64,000 nucleotides of DNA from Mantamonas sphyraenae STR306 (taxonomy: Eukaryota; Protista; CRuMs): NCBI GenBank assembly GCA_026936335.1, contig JAPMXV010000010.1, forward strand, positions 186,001 through 250,000. Direction: 5' to 3'. Both the position numbers and the translations under genes were made by a program. Position 1 is the stretch's first letter. Each line of letters opens with the position of its first letter. A model generated the notes under the pieces. The model was given only the letters and a program-made list of their open reading frames with translations, searched no databases and had not been told where the DNA came from. Below, in pieces: positions 1-13,636 of this stretch.

Positions 1-324
1 GACAAGGACATGTCCTCGTGTCAGGTGTGTCGCACCACGTTCACCCTCACCACACGCAAACACCACTGCAGGCACTGCGGTCGTCTGGTCTGCAAGCGTT
101 GCTCCCCCAACGAGATGGTCATTGCCAAGTTTGGCCTCACCAAGAAGGAGCGTGTCTGTGTCGAGTGTGAGGTTGTCCTCAAGCAACAATCGGGCATTGC
201 CCAACGCCAGCAAAGCGATTCCGGGGGCTCCTCCTCCTCCTCCTCGGGAGCCTCTCGGCTTCCTCGTCGGGATCATCCTCGAAAAAGTCATCCAAAACCG
301 GATCAGGAAGGCGAAGGTGATTGA
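1..324 (+). CDS. FYVE zinc-finger protein, 3' partial
   Basis: Open frame from base 1. DKDMSSCQVCRTTF...RKHHCRHCGRLVCKRCS...RVCVEC carries the FYVE signature (R[R/K]HHCRxCG, RVC). Confidence 0.9.
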   Translation, partial: DKDMSSCQVCRTTFTLTTRKHHCRHCGRLVCKRCSPNEMVIAKFGLTKKERVCVECEVVLKQQSGIAQRQQSDSGGSSSSSSGASRLPRRDHPRKSHPKPDQEGEGD

Positions 325-358
325 GAGAGAGAGAGTGTGTGTGTGTGTGTGTGTGTGT
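325..358. repeat. (GA)n(GT)n microsatellite
   Basis: gagagagagagtgtgtgt... directly after the FYVE stop codon. Confidence 0.9.
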
Positions 359-442
359 GAAGGGAACACACGGATGGAGGGTGTGTGTGTGTCATAGGGT
401 GCAATGAATGGCGTCAATGCAGGCAACGCTTTCAGCTACGCA

Positions 443-1384
443 ATGTTCCGACGGGCCACGAGCAGCATCAGCAGCAGCACACGTGCGGTGTATGTCGAGG
501 CACGCGCCGGATTGAGCACACACAGTCTGTGTGTGATGGAGGAGGGTGGAGAGCAGGGTGCCGGGCGTGGGCAGGTGTCAAAGGAAATGCGAGAGCGCTT
601 CAACTTTACGGAGGGCAGTGGAGGACGTGGAGGGGGAGGACGAGGAGGACGGGGTGGGGGACGAGGAGGTGGAGGACGGGGACGTGGTAGGGGACGAGGA
701 GGTGGACGTGGACGTGGACGAGGGGGACGTGGGCGAGGAGGAGGAGGAGGGGGAAGGGGACGGGGACGGCAACCACGGGAGCAGCAGGGGGAAGAGATCT
801 ACGAGCCGGCTGAGGAACGGTACGGACAGCAACAGCAGCAGGGACACAAGTGGACGGAGGACATGGATCACAGCATGTTTGAAGACGCATTGGAGGACGA
901 GGGAGGACTGGGAGGGTCGTCGTCGGGCACAGGCAAGACGGCGCAGGTGAGCGGACGCAACGCACGCATGCAGTCGCGCTCGGGGTTGCATCGCACAGGC
1001 AAGCTCAATGTACAGGGATCACGGGACGCACTGGCACGACGCAGGAACAGGCCAGCCCCCAAGTTTGTCACGCTCGAGTCCAGTCTGGACGAGCTCAACT
1101 TTGACAACGAAGACGAGCTGGCGGCCGAATCCGCCGCTGCCGCCTCGGGCGCCTCCGCTGACGGCAGCAGCGACAGTGGCGAGTCTGTGAAGCAGCAGCT
1201 GATGGTCTTGCAGACACAGGCTGGAGTGCAGAGTGCATGGGCGCAGCAGAGTCTGGATATGGCTGCCAAGGTGCTTGCACGCAACGGACGCTGGACATCA
1301 CAGGACAGGCTCTTTTTTATGAGCAACTGGGCGGATGATATCAAGGCCTATGATGAGGCACTTCAGCGAACAGGCGCAGGGTGA
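443..1384 (+). CDS. Hypothetical RGG/RG-rich protein, possibly mitochondrion-targeted (alternative start at 404)
   Basis: Host-like codon usage. N-terminus MFRRATSSISSSTRAVY is R/S-rich, followed by a long GRGG/GRGR tract and a helical C-terminus. Confidence 0.65.
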   Translation: MFRRATSSISSSTRAVYVEARAGLSTHSLCVMEEGGEQGAGRGQVSKEMRERFNFTEGSGGRGGGGRGGRGGGRGGGGRGRGRGRGGGRGRGRGGRGRGGGGGGRGRGRQPREQQGEEIYEPAEERYGQQQQQGHKWTEDMDHSMFEDALEDEGGLGGSSSGTGKTAQVSGRNARMQSRSGLHRTGKLNVQGSRDALARRRNRPAPKFVTLESSLDELNFDNEDELAAESAAAASGASADGSSDSGESVKQQLMVLQTQAGVQSAWAQQSLDMAAKVLARNGRWTSQDRLFFMSNWADDIKAYDEALQRTGAG

Positions 1385-1555
1385 AGGGGAGGAAGAGGCT
1401 GCGTGAGTGGGGGAGGTGTGAGGAGGGTGTGGGGCGGCGTGGAATGGATTCTCTTCGTCGACGTTTGAGTTGTGCTGTGGATAGACAGTGGTGGTGTTGG
1501 TGTATCTGCTGTGACCTTCCCTTCCATTCCTTCTCTCTCTCTCCCTCTCTTCTCA

Positions 1556-4500
1556 TCACAACCCCAACGCAGTCATGGTGCTGGCCACCAGGGCGGCGTT
1601 GTTTGCACTGGCATTGCCCTTTGCAAACACCAGCAGCTTGCCATCCTCCAACCCGACCATGAGGTTATTCTGATCCGGGGTGATGGTCAGCGAATGCACG
1701 GGCGACTTGACGGGATACTTGTGCACAATGTCCAGCTCCGGCAAGCGACGCACAACCACGGTGGACTTTTCGCCGCCGGTGACCAGAAACTCGCCATTGC
1801 TGGTGACATCCATGGCCGTGAGGCGTTCGTAGGTGTCCTTGACATGCAGCAGCTTACCGTTGATGGAGTACACATGCAGCAGCAGGTCTTTCCACGAGTA
1901 GGCCACCACGAGGCCCTCGCTGCTCAACACCATCATGTTGATGGCCCCTCCGTTGGGACGGAACAGTGAGCGCACATACGTGCCCTGTCTCAGCGTGTGG
2001 ATGATGACACTGCCGTCTGCAGACCCAGACACCACCAGATCCAGCTCGTTGTTCACACACACACACGTCACCTCGTCATCATGGCCCGACAGCACGTGTC
2101 GTGGCCTGTTCTCCACATACAACACCCCGTTGACCGTTTCCAGGTCCCACACCAGCAGTGTGGTGTCGCGCGACCCCGTCACCAGCGTGCGGTTGTCCTG
2201 GCCCGTGGCAAGACAGGTCACCACGTCCTTGTGCGACAGCACACTCTGCACCAGCTTGCTGTTGTCCACCTGGTGCACCTTGAACGTGTCGTCCCAGTAC
2301 CCGCAGCTGAACATAAACTTGCCATCGCACGACAGCTTGAAGTTTTGGTTCACGGGGCCGTTCTCGCTGGCAAACGCCACGCCGATGCGGTTGCGTGCAC
2401 TCAGGATGGGGTCAAACTCAAACGTGAACGGCGACCCCTGTGCGTTGGGTGTGGTGGGCAGCCATCGATGGCACGCCATCACATGCTGCCTGTCCACCGT
2501 CACAATGCGATCCGGCACACCCATGTGCGAGTACAGATTCAAGTTGTTCGACCTCTCCGGCAACGCCACACACTCCACCGCACTCTTTGCCACCTGCAGA
2601 AAGTATGCACGCAGGCTCTCCGGCGCCTCAAACAGGTGTTCATCCAACACCGAGCGTTCGTCACGTGCCACGTGCGGCTTCTTGCTCAGCTGCGACGGCG
2701 TCTGCCCAAAGTTGTCAATCTGTGCCTCTGTGGCCTTGCGCAACACAGGATCCTCGATGGCGTCGATGTCCACCGCTCCTTCGTACGTGAGGTAGTAGAA
2801 CACGTTGTACGCCTCCACTGCTGCCTCGCCACGTTGCTTGTATCCAAAGATCAGGTCGATCCAGTGGTGCAGATGGTCGCTCACGTAGTCGCTCTCCAGT
2901 GCGGCTGCCATCGTACGTGTCACCTCCTCCGGACTGTGAGCCCACGCAGGCAACACAACCTCGCTGATGTCCTCGCCCGTCTGCTTGCGGCCCAGATCGA
3001 TCTTGTCTGGATTCTCAAACATCTCGGGCAGGTAGAAGAACTCTGGGATCAGTTCACGCACGTCCGACGTCGAGTTCATGCAGTTGTACCACGTCTGCGG
3101 CAACGAGTGGAACAGGCGGTCTGCGTGGTCGAAACGACCCCCCTGCAGCTTGATTGCCAGCGTCGTGAACGGCTCCAGGCGGATCAGGTAGTACAACACC
3201 GTGCCTGCACTCGAGTAGTGTGTCCCGTAGAAGAACTTGGGAATCACAGGGTCGTCAAAGTACGTGTAGCGTTCGCAAAATTCGTTGAAACGGCGCTCGG
3301 ATCCCAGCGCCCCGATGGGTTTGCTCAGGTCTCGGTACACGCTGGGGTCGTTCAGGTCGATCTTCTCCGCGTTGTACTCCGACAGGATCCACGGGAACAC
3401 GGGATATTGCGTCAGGTCGTTGTATGTGCGTCCAGCCATGGTGTTGAGGTACATCAGATACTCAAAGTTGCTGATTGCACGTCGCTTCCACAGCTGCGTG
3501 ATCGACGACATCTTCTTGAACCGATCCATGGGACTGCGGCTTTCGTGTACAATCAGGTTGGCCGGCCGCTGGCTCAGGATCTTGCTGAACGCCTTGTTGC
3601 GTCTCTTCTTCTTGCCAAAGTTCAGGAAGTAGTTGGTGTGATCCGTCAGGAACAATTCGATCGCAGCTGGCCGCAGCAGGTATCGACGCGTGTAGATCTC
3701 TCGAAGGTCGTCCAGCGGCCATGTCATGTCCATCACCTCGTCCTTGTCCTTGCCCGAAGACGGCGTGGCCGATGCCGATGCCGATGCGGACGAGGACGAC
3801 GAGGACGACGACGACGAAGAGCCTCCTTCCGCGTCTCCTCCCTCCTCGCCGTCTTCCACCTTTTGCTCCTCACGAAAGTAGATGTGGGTGCTTGTGATCT
3901 CCAGTGTGCCTGGGGTCACAGTGAGCGGGGTCACCAACTCGCAATACACAGGCGGCATGACTGTCTTTTCCTCCACGGTGTTGCCCGACACACTCTCCTC
4001 CTCTGCCTTTTGTTCGCCCATGATGGATTCCCACTCGCTGTCGTCAAAGTCTTCGGTGGCATCCTGGGACACCAGCTTGATGCCACTGAGGCTCTGTTCC
4101 ACGTTCTCGCTCCACTCGCCGTCGAGCTCGCCTGCATCGCCCTCGCCCTCCGTCTCCCCATCCTTGCTGACCTCCTCGTAGCTGTTGACCGCATCCTTGT
4201 GGTCCTCAAAGTTGTAGTTGCGCTTCAACTTGCGCCTGCGCCGCTGGTAGTCCTCGGCAAAGTCCAGCTTCCAGTGCACATCGCCCTTCTTCACGCGATG
4301 CACACCCCACGCGGCACGCTCGTTTGTCAACGCACGCGAAATCACACGCCAGTTCGCACGTGCCAGCCTGCTCGTCTCCTTGTACGCTCCCAACCAGTTG
4401 AACCGGTTGATTTCCAGGTACGCATACGTCTGCACACTCTCCTGCAACTCCGACTCGCAAGCACGCTCCATGCGCATTTCCCGCTCGTCAGCCTCGGCTG

Positions 4501-7500
4501 CATACGTGCGTGCCGCCTCCAGCTGTTTCAACAGACATGCTTGCACGCCCGTGTACGCCGCCCGTTCCCGTGCCACCTGATCGGCCACAAAGGGCGATTT
4601 CTTCAGTGCATGCTGCCAATCGGCCTGGCCCACACGCTCCATAAACTCCACGTAGCCCGAGGTGTGGTACAGGAAGGGTTCTGCGTTGGCCAACAGACTC
4701 TCATCCTGTGCCGAACACACACGCTTGGCCAGCAGCGGGCGATGGTTACGCAACACCTCCTTAAAGGCGTTGACAAACTCCTGTTCCATGTCTGTGTACA
4801 GCTCCTTGGACAGCGAGTGGCCCCTGCGGATGGTGGAGCTGTCCTGGCCGTCCGCCATGCGATCTTGGTACGCCTCCACACGCTCTTGCATGGTCTCAAA
4901 CAGCACTGCCGTCGAGGTGAACACCCATCGCTCGTGTTCCTTCGGATGGAACTGTTGCACGTGGTACAGAAAGTTGCGCAGAGACGCCGAGGCGTTGACC
5001 ACACCCGTACGTCGGCTGTGCTCCGTCATCAGTGTCATCACAAACTTAAAGTACACACGCAGCATGCCTCCGTTGGCTTTGATGTGCGCCTTTTCCTTGT
5101 CCAGCGCCACCGTAAATGCCACATCCATGCCCAGCACCGTTTCCACACACGTGACCACCAGCTCCGCCAGGCTCTCGTGTACCCATACATCGTCCTCCTT
5201 GCACAAACCTGCACCCACATCCAAACTAAACATCGACGGTCCACTCACGCTTCCACTCCTGCTGCTTCCTCCGCTGCCGCTCGTCGATGACCCCTCCGCC
5301 GCTGATGATTCATGCTCGCCACCGGTATTGGACGCTGCTGACGGCGAAGCCGATCCACCTGCCAATGCAGACGACGACGACGAGGAGGATGACGATCCAC
5401 CTGCCAGCGCCGAAGACGACGATCCCGATGAACCGGTTGAGGCCAACGCCGACGACGACGTGGAGGATGATGATGATGACGAGGACGAGTCTGTGACTTG
5501 GGCGTCTGAGATGCCTCCAGACACACCGGAAGCGTCCGTGATCCCTGCGCTGAGGCTCGGATCGGCAGAGACGTTGATGGTGAGTCGGTTGCGGATGGAG
5601 GCCAAAGAGAAGCGGGAGTACTCGTCACGTGCGTTGTCCTGCTGAGATTTGTCGTTGATCTGTGCGTGGAGGGTGGACACGGTCGACAGCTGGAATCCCT
5701 GTGCGTATGCCCTGCGTTGGTACCCGTCACCGTTGGCACTGGGCACCACCTCCACATACGAAAAGAACACCGTCTGTTCGGCGAGCACAAGAACATGGAC
5801 CATGCTATCGATTGCAGGCACATAGTTGCCTTTCTTGTCACGCTTGCCCTTGAGGTTGCCCAGTGCCTTTTCTGCATCCGGCCTCATCTCCTCCAGCAGT
5901 TCCGACAACAGCGTGCTGGCCACACGTGGCCCATCCAACACCCCACGGTCTGCGTACATCTGCAACATGACCAACGTGTACTCCACCATGCGCCAGCCGC
6001 CTCGTTCGCTGCAGGACTCCTTCAGCAGGAGGACAAACAGGCGGTAGATGATGCTGCTGATGGCCACGCGTTCATCGTCGCCCTCGCTGCTGTTCAGCGT
6101 GTCTGCCAGCAGCGTAAAGAGCATGTCCTGCCACTGTGCCAGCCCCAACAGCATGCGCACGTTCTCGTCGCTGTTGGACAGCGTCAGCAGCAGATCGGTG
6201 AGGATCTTTTGACGCAGAAACAACGAACTGCTCACAGCCAAACGGAACATGACCGGCAGCGCAGCCGGGTTTTGGATGCGGAACTGCTCGTCGCTGTCCC
6301 ATGAAAGCTGGTACAGCTGCGGGTTGTCCATGGCCATGGCTTGCAGGGCAATGTACGCCTGTTCGCCAAACGGATACAGCGACAGCTGCTTGGTGAAGAT
6401 GAACATGCCCTCACTGGTGTCGAGGCGCATGTTGCGTCGCACCTGTGTGTTCTGATGCAACAGGTGCGCCACAATGCGCAGGCAGGTGACGCGCACCTCG
6501 TTGCTGTCCGAATGCAACAGCGACAGAAACACCTGAATGTCTCCACCCATCTGGGCCAGCACGGCGCTGAAGCGTGTGGCTGGTGTTTCCACCCACTGCT
6601 TGACCATGTGCAACACGTCGCCAATCATGCTGGGGTCGCTCTCACTGCACAGGAAGCGCAACACGCTGCTCACCTCCTTGTCGGTAAACCCCTTGGCCAC
6701 CAGCACGTTGAGGACCTTGAGCAGGGCGTCACGCAACTCAGGAATGGCAGACGCTTCGGGTCGCGTGGCAATCACCTCGTGGGTCACCTTGTGACGCACG
6801 TCTTCGGCCCCGTGGATCCTGCTGTCGTCCAGCTGCGGCGGCGTCACCCAGTAGAACATGCGCAGGACGTCCAGCAGCGACTGCACGCCAAAGTGTTTGC
6901 GCAGAAAGGTACGCTGCTCAGAGTAGAGCCGTTGCAGCTGGGTGAGGAGACCCACTTGCACGCTGGCGTCGGTGTAGATCCACAGGCGAAAGTCCAGCAG
7001 CACATTCAGCCACAGCTGGCGTCGCAGCTCGCCAAATACACACGCCTCTTCCATTTCCCACAAGATGCTAAGCACCTCCAGCGTCATGTGCTGCGGGCTC
7101 ACCTGTTGCATCAGGTGACTCACAACCGCAAAGCCGTCGCATCGCACCATCGTGTCCTGGTTGTTCTCGTTGTTGGTCAGCATGTCACGCAACAATCGGA
7201 ACACCTCGGCACTCAGGCGAGGATCCACCGTGTAGTCGATGGCCGCCGACGCATCCTTGGGTTGTGTTGGCTGATCCAGCTGCGGAAACAGCGGGAACAG
7301 CACCTTGACCCCACCCAAGCAATGGATGGTGTCCTTCACGTCGCGTGTCGAACACAGGAACATGTCCACCAGCTGTGCGTGGCGTGGCACCTTGCCACTG
7401 TTCAACTCCATGGGCGTGTTGTCCAGGCAGGTGTTGCTCACGCAGGCCTTGCTGTTGTATGCAAAGAACAGATGTGACGTCAGCGTACCGTCCAGGATGG

Positions 7501-10500
7501 GTGCACACTCTTCCGGCACGTTGTTCATGTCCGCCGGTTGGAAGGCGCCCATGTAGTTGGCGCCCAGGCGGTACATCAGCTCCACCTGCGACCCCTGCAG
7601 GCAGTCTGCGAAAAAGTACACAGCGCCCATTTGGCCGTAGAAGGGCGTCTCGCGATACAGGCGTGCGTTGGTTCCGGAAAAGTCGGCATTGCTGCCGATG
7701 CGGCACTCCACGAGGGGTTCAGACACGGTGGGATACTTCAGCGGGTGTTTCTGCACCATCACGCCGTTCACATACAGGCGCACCTCACTCTGGGCCCAGC
7801 GGGAGAAGCTGTGTGCGATGCACACGTGGTACCACGCGTTCTCCTCAAACACAAAGGGATGGAAGGCCACCGAGTGGTCCTTGCCCTTGTGGTTGACCAC
7901 CACCATGATTTCCTGCTGGTCAAAGTAGGCCTCCACACCCGTGCCGGCGCCATTGAGGAACGAGTACAGACGTGGCTGGTACTTGGGCTTCTGTTCGGGG
8001 TCCTCAAACGACTCCACACGCAGCCAGGTGGCAAACGAGTAGCCGCCCGAGGAGGGAAAGTCCTCGATGGGTTCCATGCGGATGCACGACGACACGCCGT
8101 CAAAGTCAAAGTAGTTGAAGGGGCCGTCGTCGCGTGCGGTCATGTTGCGCAGTGTGCGCAGGAGGGGCATCGAGGCACGCGGTCGAAAGTCGCCTGGCAG
8201 GGACTTGAGCAGAGAGAAGAGGTCGTGGAATTGGGACACGCTGGCACTGTGCATGCCCAGCTGCTCCACGATGGCCAACACCTTGTCCAGCAAATCCTTG
8301 TCGTCGACAATGGTGTATGCGTGGTCCGGTCGCACAAAAGCCAGAAAGTGGGAAATCAGGCCATGCTTGCAGCAGTGGCTCTTGTTCACCTTGCTCTTGC
8401 TCACCAGCATGAGCAGCTTGTCCAACATCGTGTGCTTCAGCGCAAGGCTAAAGTGAGGGAAGAGGAGAATGAGCAGGCTGAGGGCACGTGCGTTGGCCAT
8501 CTTGAAGCGCGTCTCGATATGAAAGTTGCCGTCGACGAGCAGATCAAACACACTGTCGAGGAGGGCCAGCGTGGGTTCGTTCTCGTAGGTGCGCAGCAGC
8601 AGGTTGGCCAACTGGTCGTAACCAATCCCCTCGGCAAAGTCGGCCTTGTTCTCCTCGTCGTCCTTCATCAGGTACGTGAGTGCGGATATGACCTCCAGAC
8701 ACAGGTTCTGGGCGCGGATGCGCTGCTGTGTGGGCACCGAGTCAAAGTTGAGGATGTTGACCAGCTTGATGAAGCAGGCGGCCATGCGGAAGGTGGTGCG
8801 GTGGCGAGGGTGGTTGTTCTCCAGAAAGGTGGACATGCCACGCAGCAGACGCACCACAAAGTCGTACTTGGTGGTCAGTGCCTCCAAGTGCAGACGTGCA
8901 AAGATGTCAAGGTAGCGGGAGAAGAGGTTGTACGCCGCCGGGTCGTCGGGTTGGCACACAGCCATGAGGGCGTAGATGTGGTTCAGAGCCAGCTCGCGGA
9001 TGGGCTCCTCAAACACAAGGTCGTACAGGGAGGTGACCAGGCGAGTGTCGTCGATGGCGGTGCGGTTGACGGCGGCACTGGTGAGGAAATGGTCGATGAT
9101 GCCCAAGGCAATGGAGCGCATCTGCATAAAAGGTACGACAATGCGAGGCTCCAGGCTATACGGCACAATGGGCGTGTTGCCTGTGGTGACACGGTGTGCG
9201 TTGGAGACGGTGGTGCAGAAGGGACACCACAGGGCGTGCGAGCACGTGTGCAGAGACATGAGTTTGACCAGCAGCGGCTGGGCCTTGAGCATGAGGAATG
9301 CGTGCTGTGTGCGTGAGCGCCTGTACATGGACACCACACGCAGGGACTCTGCAATCTGTCGGCCTGTGAACATGTCGTCCTGGTAGGCCTTAAGCAAACG
9401 CAGAAGCAACTCCACTTCGGGAATAACGTCGACGGGATCGTCCACTGTGGCCACACTCTCCACCAGGTTGAGTACCTGGAGCTTAAGTAACCTCATGGCC
9501 GTGGTGATGTGTTCCTCTGCAGCTTCGTTGACCTGTACACTCTGCGAGGAGGAGGACGACGCAGCCAATGAGTCCTCCGTCTCACCTGCCCCGAGTCCCA
9601 TGAACCCCCTTCGGCTCTGCGTCGTCTGACCCGTGCGTTTGCTGCCCACACTGCTCGTGCCTTGGATCTCTCCATTCATGGCGTCTTCGATCATGGACAG
9701 CAGGTCGATCGTTTCCTCAGTGTTTGCGACGCAGATGCCGGCTGCTCGTCCTCTCCCGGTGCTGTGCTCTCTTCACCCTTGCCTTGCGCTTGATCGGCGT
9801 CACTTTCGGTCCCCTCGCCGTTGTCGTCCTGCGGGCCATCTTGGCCATCCGCGGGATCGTTTCCGTTGCCGTTGTCCTCCTCCTTGGGAGTATCGGCTTG
9901 TTGCTCTTTGTCGTTGTCCTCCTTCTTGTCTTCCGTCTTTGCGTTGGTTGTGTGCTCGTCGTCCTCCTGGCCGATGTGTTGAATGACCACAGGCGGCGGG
10001 TCCTGGATGCGGAAGAAGAGGGGCGAGAGGGTGACGTCCCACAGGCCGAGTTTGCGGCAGATGGGCACAGAGGCAGGCACGTCACGCACGAGTTTGGAAA
10101 GAAGCTCGACGGTGTGGAACTGCAGCTCGCAGGTGGTTTTGGTGAAGGATTTGCGAGCCAAATTGTTGAAATGGTTGGCCTCGATGGACGGGCGGAACAC
10201 ATCGAGGAGGGTTTGCAGCACGCGTTCGTTGATGGGATTGTTGTGCCTGTTGATGAGGTTCTCCATCACCTGTGGCTTGTCCTGCATGTACGCAATGGTG
10301 GACCTGCGCAGCCTGGCCAGCGTATCGTCGCCATCCGCACCTGCGGCGCCTCCTCGGTGTCCATTTCGTCGTAGTTGAGCACAGAGTGGACCAGTGTTTT
10401 GCGCTTGTCGCCAAACGGGTCGTCGTCGTCGATGCCTTCATCGTCAGGGAAGGCAGACCCTGTGCCGCTGCTGCTGCTGCTCGAGGATGACGACGATGAG

Positions 10501-13500
10501 GATGAAGAGGAGGAGGAAGAAGAGGAGGAGGAAGATGACGATGAAGAGGAGGATGCACCTGCGCCACGACGGCCAAGCTTGTCCATGAAGCCATCCCTGT
10601 GGGTAGGGGCAGAGGCCTTGTTGATGACATTGTTCGCATGCGGGGTGGTGATGACGAGAGTGTACAGGATGCGAAAGAGCTTGGCGAGGATGGGGTTGCG
10701 TGAGGCTACGGGAGACTCCATGTTGGGTGCCTGTTCGGATTGGTGGTCGCCAAAGTAGAGCGACTGCGGGCGATAGTCCATGCAGGCGCAGACGTCGCCA
10801 CAGGAGAGGGCTTCGTAGTTGACATCAAAGGTACTGCTGTTTCCGTTGGCAGTGGTGCGGCTGCGCGAAAAGGTGACAGCCGAGGTACGCGGTGCGCGTG
10901 TGCTGCCGCCGTCGTGGTCGCCGTCGTTGTTGTGAAAGGCGCTGCTGAGGCGCACCTGTTTGGAGGCCAGAAATGCCCTTTCTGTCCCACTGGTGAGTCG
11001 TGTGCGTGTGCGTGGTCGCATGCCCGTGGGGCTGCTGGACCTGCTGCCGCCAGGGCTGCTTGCTTGGCTTCCGGGTGACGATTCGAGGCCGTTGCCGCCA
11101 TTGTCTGCGGGGCTTTCCTGGCTGCCGTCGTCCTGACCGTTGATCTGTTCCTCGTCGTCTGGGCACTCCTGTGTCCATGCAGGTGGGTCGTAAAAGTGGT
11201 TGACCGACTCGTACTCGTCGACCCAGGAGTCCAGGGCGAGGGCAAACGTGTGCGACGCCCACAGGATGAAACCCAGCAGATTGGACATGGCGCCTGTGTC
11301 TTCGTCGGTGAACTGTGCATAGTTGTTGGGGTCGGTGTCGCTGTGGAAGGGTGTGCGTGGTGCGTGTGAGGAACAAGATGTGCATCCACGTCTCCGGGCG
11401 GCGGGTTAAAACTTACATGGCTTCGCGGATGACCTGAAGGACGAGAGTCTGGTAGGAGAGCTCGACAAGGGGCGTGACGTCGTTTGCACCGACCTTGGGC
11501 CAGCCGATGCCTGTGAAGAGGTCGTGGAGATAGCCCGACTCGCCGAGTTCCCTGCGTGCGGACGGGGTGGCGTGGAGGAGGTTGCCAAGCACAGACAGGA
11601 GCAACTCTTGGGTTTCGATCTGAAAGGGCACTGAACAGGGAAAGGTGTGGAGGATGGTGCGGGAGGTGCGCAGGTTCTCCATGAGGACCTGCACGAGACC
11701 CATGTCGACAAACACCGAGTTTGCAATCTGTGCCGGAAGGACGTCTGAGCGTGTGACGACCTTGCTGCGGTGTTGGCGGGTGCCCACTTGGGTGGCCGGG
11801 TCCTGGTCTGCATAGCGCCACGCAAAGGTGGCGTCTGTGAAGTAGGCCGTGGCCTGCACGTACTGCTGCACCAGATATTGCAGGTACAGCACAAGACCCA
11901 ACGTAAACGGGTCTTCGTACTGGTTGATCACACTCGTGCGACTTGACATGGACGAGGCACTGGCCGATTCGTCGTCATTCTCCTCCGTCGTCATCGTCGT
12001 CGTCATCGTCGTTGTGGTTGTTCTCATTGTCGCCACTTGTGTTCTTGCGATCACGTGCCCCCGACGACGACGACGACGACGACGAGCCTGTCGATGAGGA
12101 CGGGTGTTTTGTACGTGTGTGGAGGTGGTGGTGGTGGCCCCCGTCATGGTGTTGCGTCGCTGCGAATTGTCGCCGCCCACGTGCAACATGGGGTTGGACA
12201 CACCGGAGAGACGTCCACTTCCATTGGTCAGGAAACCAATGCTGTCCACCTCCTGCAGCATGGCGGGTGTGACAATGGCACCGTCGTTGGCCAGCTTCAA
12301 GCTGTTTGAGCGACTTGCCAGCTCGCCGCCCAGCGCCTCCTCACGCAGGCTCTCTGTGCGCTTGTTGGACAGCGACGCACTATGGTTGCGTCGTGGATCA
12401 CGAGAGGAGGAGGAGGAGGAGGAAGAGGCGGCAGCAGCGGCAGCAGCCCCGCGTGCAAAGCTGGTGCGTGTGCGTCGTCGCTCCGAGCCCGAGCCACTGC
12501 GTCCCAAGCCGTCGTTCTCCACCATGGTCTTGACCATGAAGCTGAGTTTGGTGGTGGACAGTTTGATGAGTCGCACCAGGGCGTCGTGTGCGTCGTGGTG
12601 CAGCATGATTTTGCGGTTGAGGCTGCTGCGCGTGAGAATGCTGTACATCTGCACGAGCTCCCTGGCAATGCCCGTTGGCGGCTGGAAATACGCCTTGGGC
12701 GATGCTTCGTGTTCCTGTTCCATCTTCTTGAGCGCTGCACACCAGCACGTGGCACACATGGGTGCCCACCATTGTGTCAGTGGATGACTGTGTCGACGGC
12801 AAGAGGGCGCCGGAAAGGCGTCAAATGGGCTTACCTTTGAGGATGTCCTGAGCCTTGAGCTTGAAGATCTTTGCACACACAATGACGACGGCGGCAGGAT
12901 GGCCTGGTGGCCCTTGATGGTCGACAGTGGCCCTGCCCACCTGTCGGGATGACTCGTTGCTGTCCGCCTGATCCTCGTCGAGGTCCTGAAAGGCAAAGGT
13001 GCTGAACGCCGACTGCGTCGCCTCGGGATACCACTCGGCGTAGCGTTTGTTGAAGCGGCCCACAAACTCACGAAAGATGTCCTGTAGGAGGAGGGAGGGT
13101 GTGTGCGGGATGTGTGACGGGTGGATGGTCAGGGTTTGGAATGGGCGTTTGAGCAGGCGTGGGGCTGGCAGGAGGGGAAACGGGGGGGGGCTGGCCGCTT
13201 GGTTTGGCTGGCTGTGTTCCTGATCGAACGAACGACGCGTGGACCTTTCACGGGGCTTGGAAGACACCCAGGGATTCGGCGACGCGGGTAAGGGGGTGGC
13301 AAATGAACAAAGGAAGAAGAACAAACCTCATCTCCCGACGGTGAGCTGGTGTACTTTTGGTAGATGGACCACAGCTCGGCCAATTCTTGGTCTTCGGGCG
13401 TCGAGCCAAATTCGGTGCTATACTGCTGGCACTCGGCGCACAGGTGTGACGCTGTGCCACTGGCCGACGAGGACATGCGATTGGTGTGAGGCCGGTCGCC

Positions 13501-13563
13501 CGAGGCCTCGTCACCGTCCTCCTTGTCGTCCTTCTTGCCTATGATCGACTTGAAAAAGTCCAT
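1556..13563 (-). CDS. Large BEACH-domain protein (neurobeachin/LRBA/NBEAL-like: ConA-like, PH, BEACH, WD40), multi-exon
   Basis: BEACH motifs ISNFEYLMYLNTMAGRTYNDLTQYPVFPW, YGTHYSS, LQGGRFDHADRLF, DVRELIPEFFY and FGQTPSQL, with WD40 repeats at the C-terminus and ConA-like GYSFATWLRVE. Introns at approx 13326-13082, 12834-12735 and 11416-11341. Apparent 1-nt frameshifts near 10350 and 9740. Confidence 0.93.
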
Positions 13564-13636
13564 CGTGCGGCCTGTTCAGGTTGTTTGGTTGCCTGCGGGC
13601 TTGGCACCAAGGGCAATTGCAGTGCTTGGACAGGCC

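Noticed and set aside
1997-5290. 1097-aa plus-strand ORF and similar long ORFs (7538-9316, 28832-31594, 31356-33560, 35910-38234, 41142-45089)
   Set aside because: These are antisense shadows of real GC3-rich genes, with H/L/V/R-skewed composition and no motifs.
10293-10340. 28- or 37-nt micro-intron (GTGCGG...CAG) in the BEACH gene
   Set aside because: Neither splice restores the downstream reading frame; a single missing G explains the shift.
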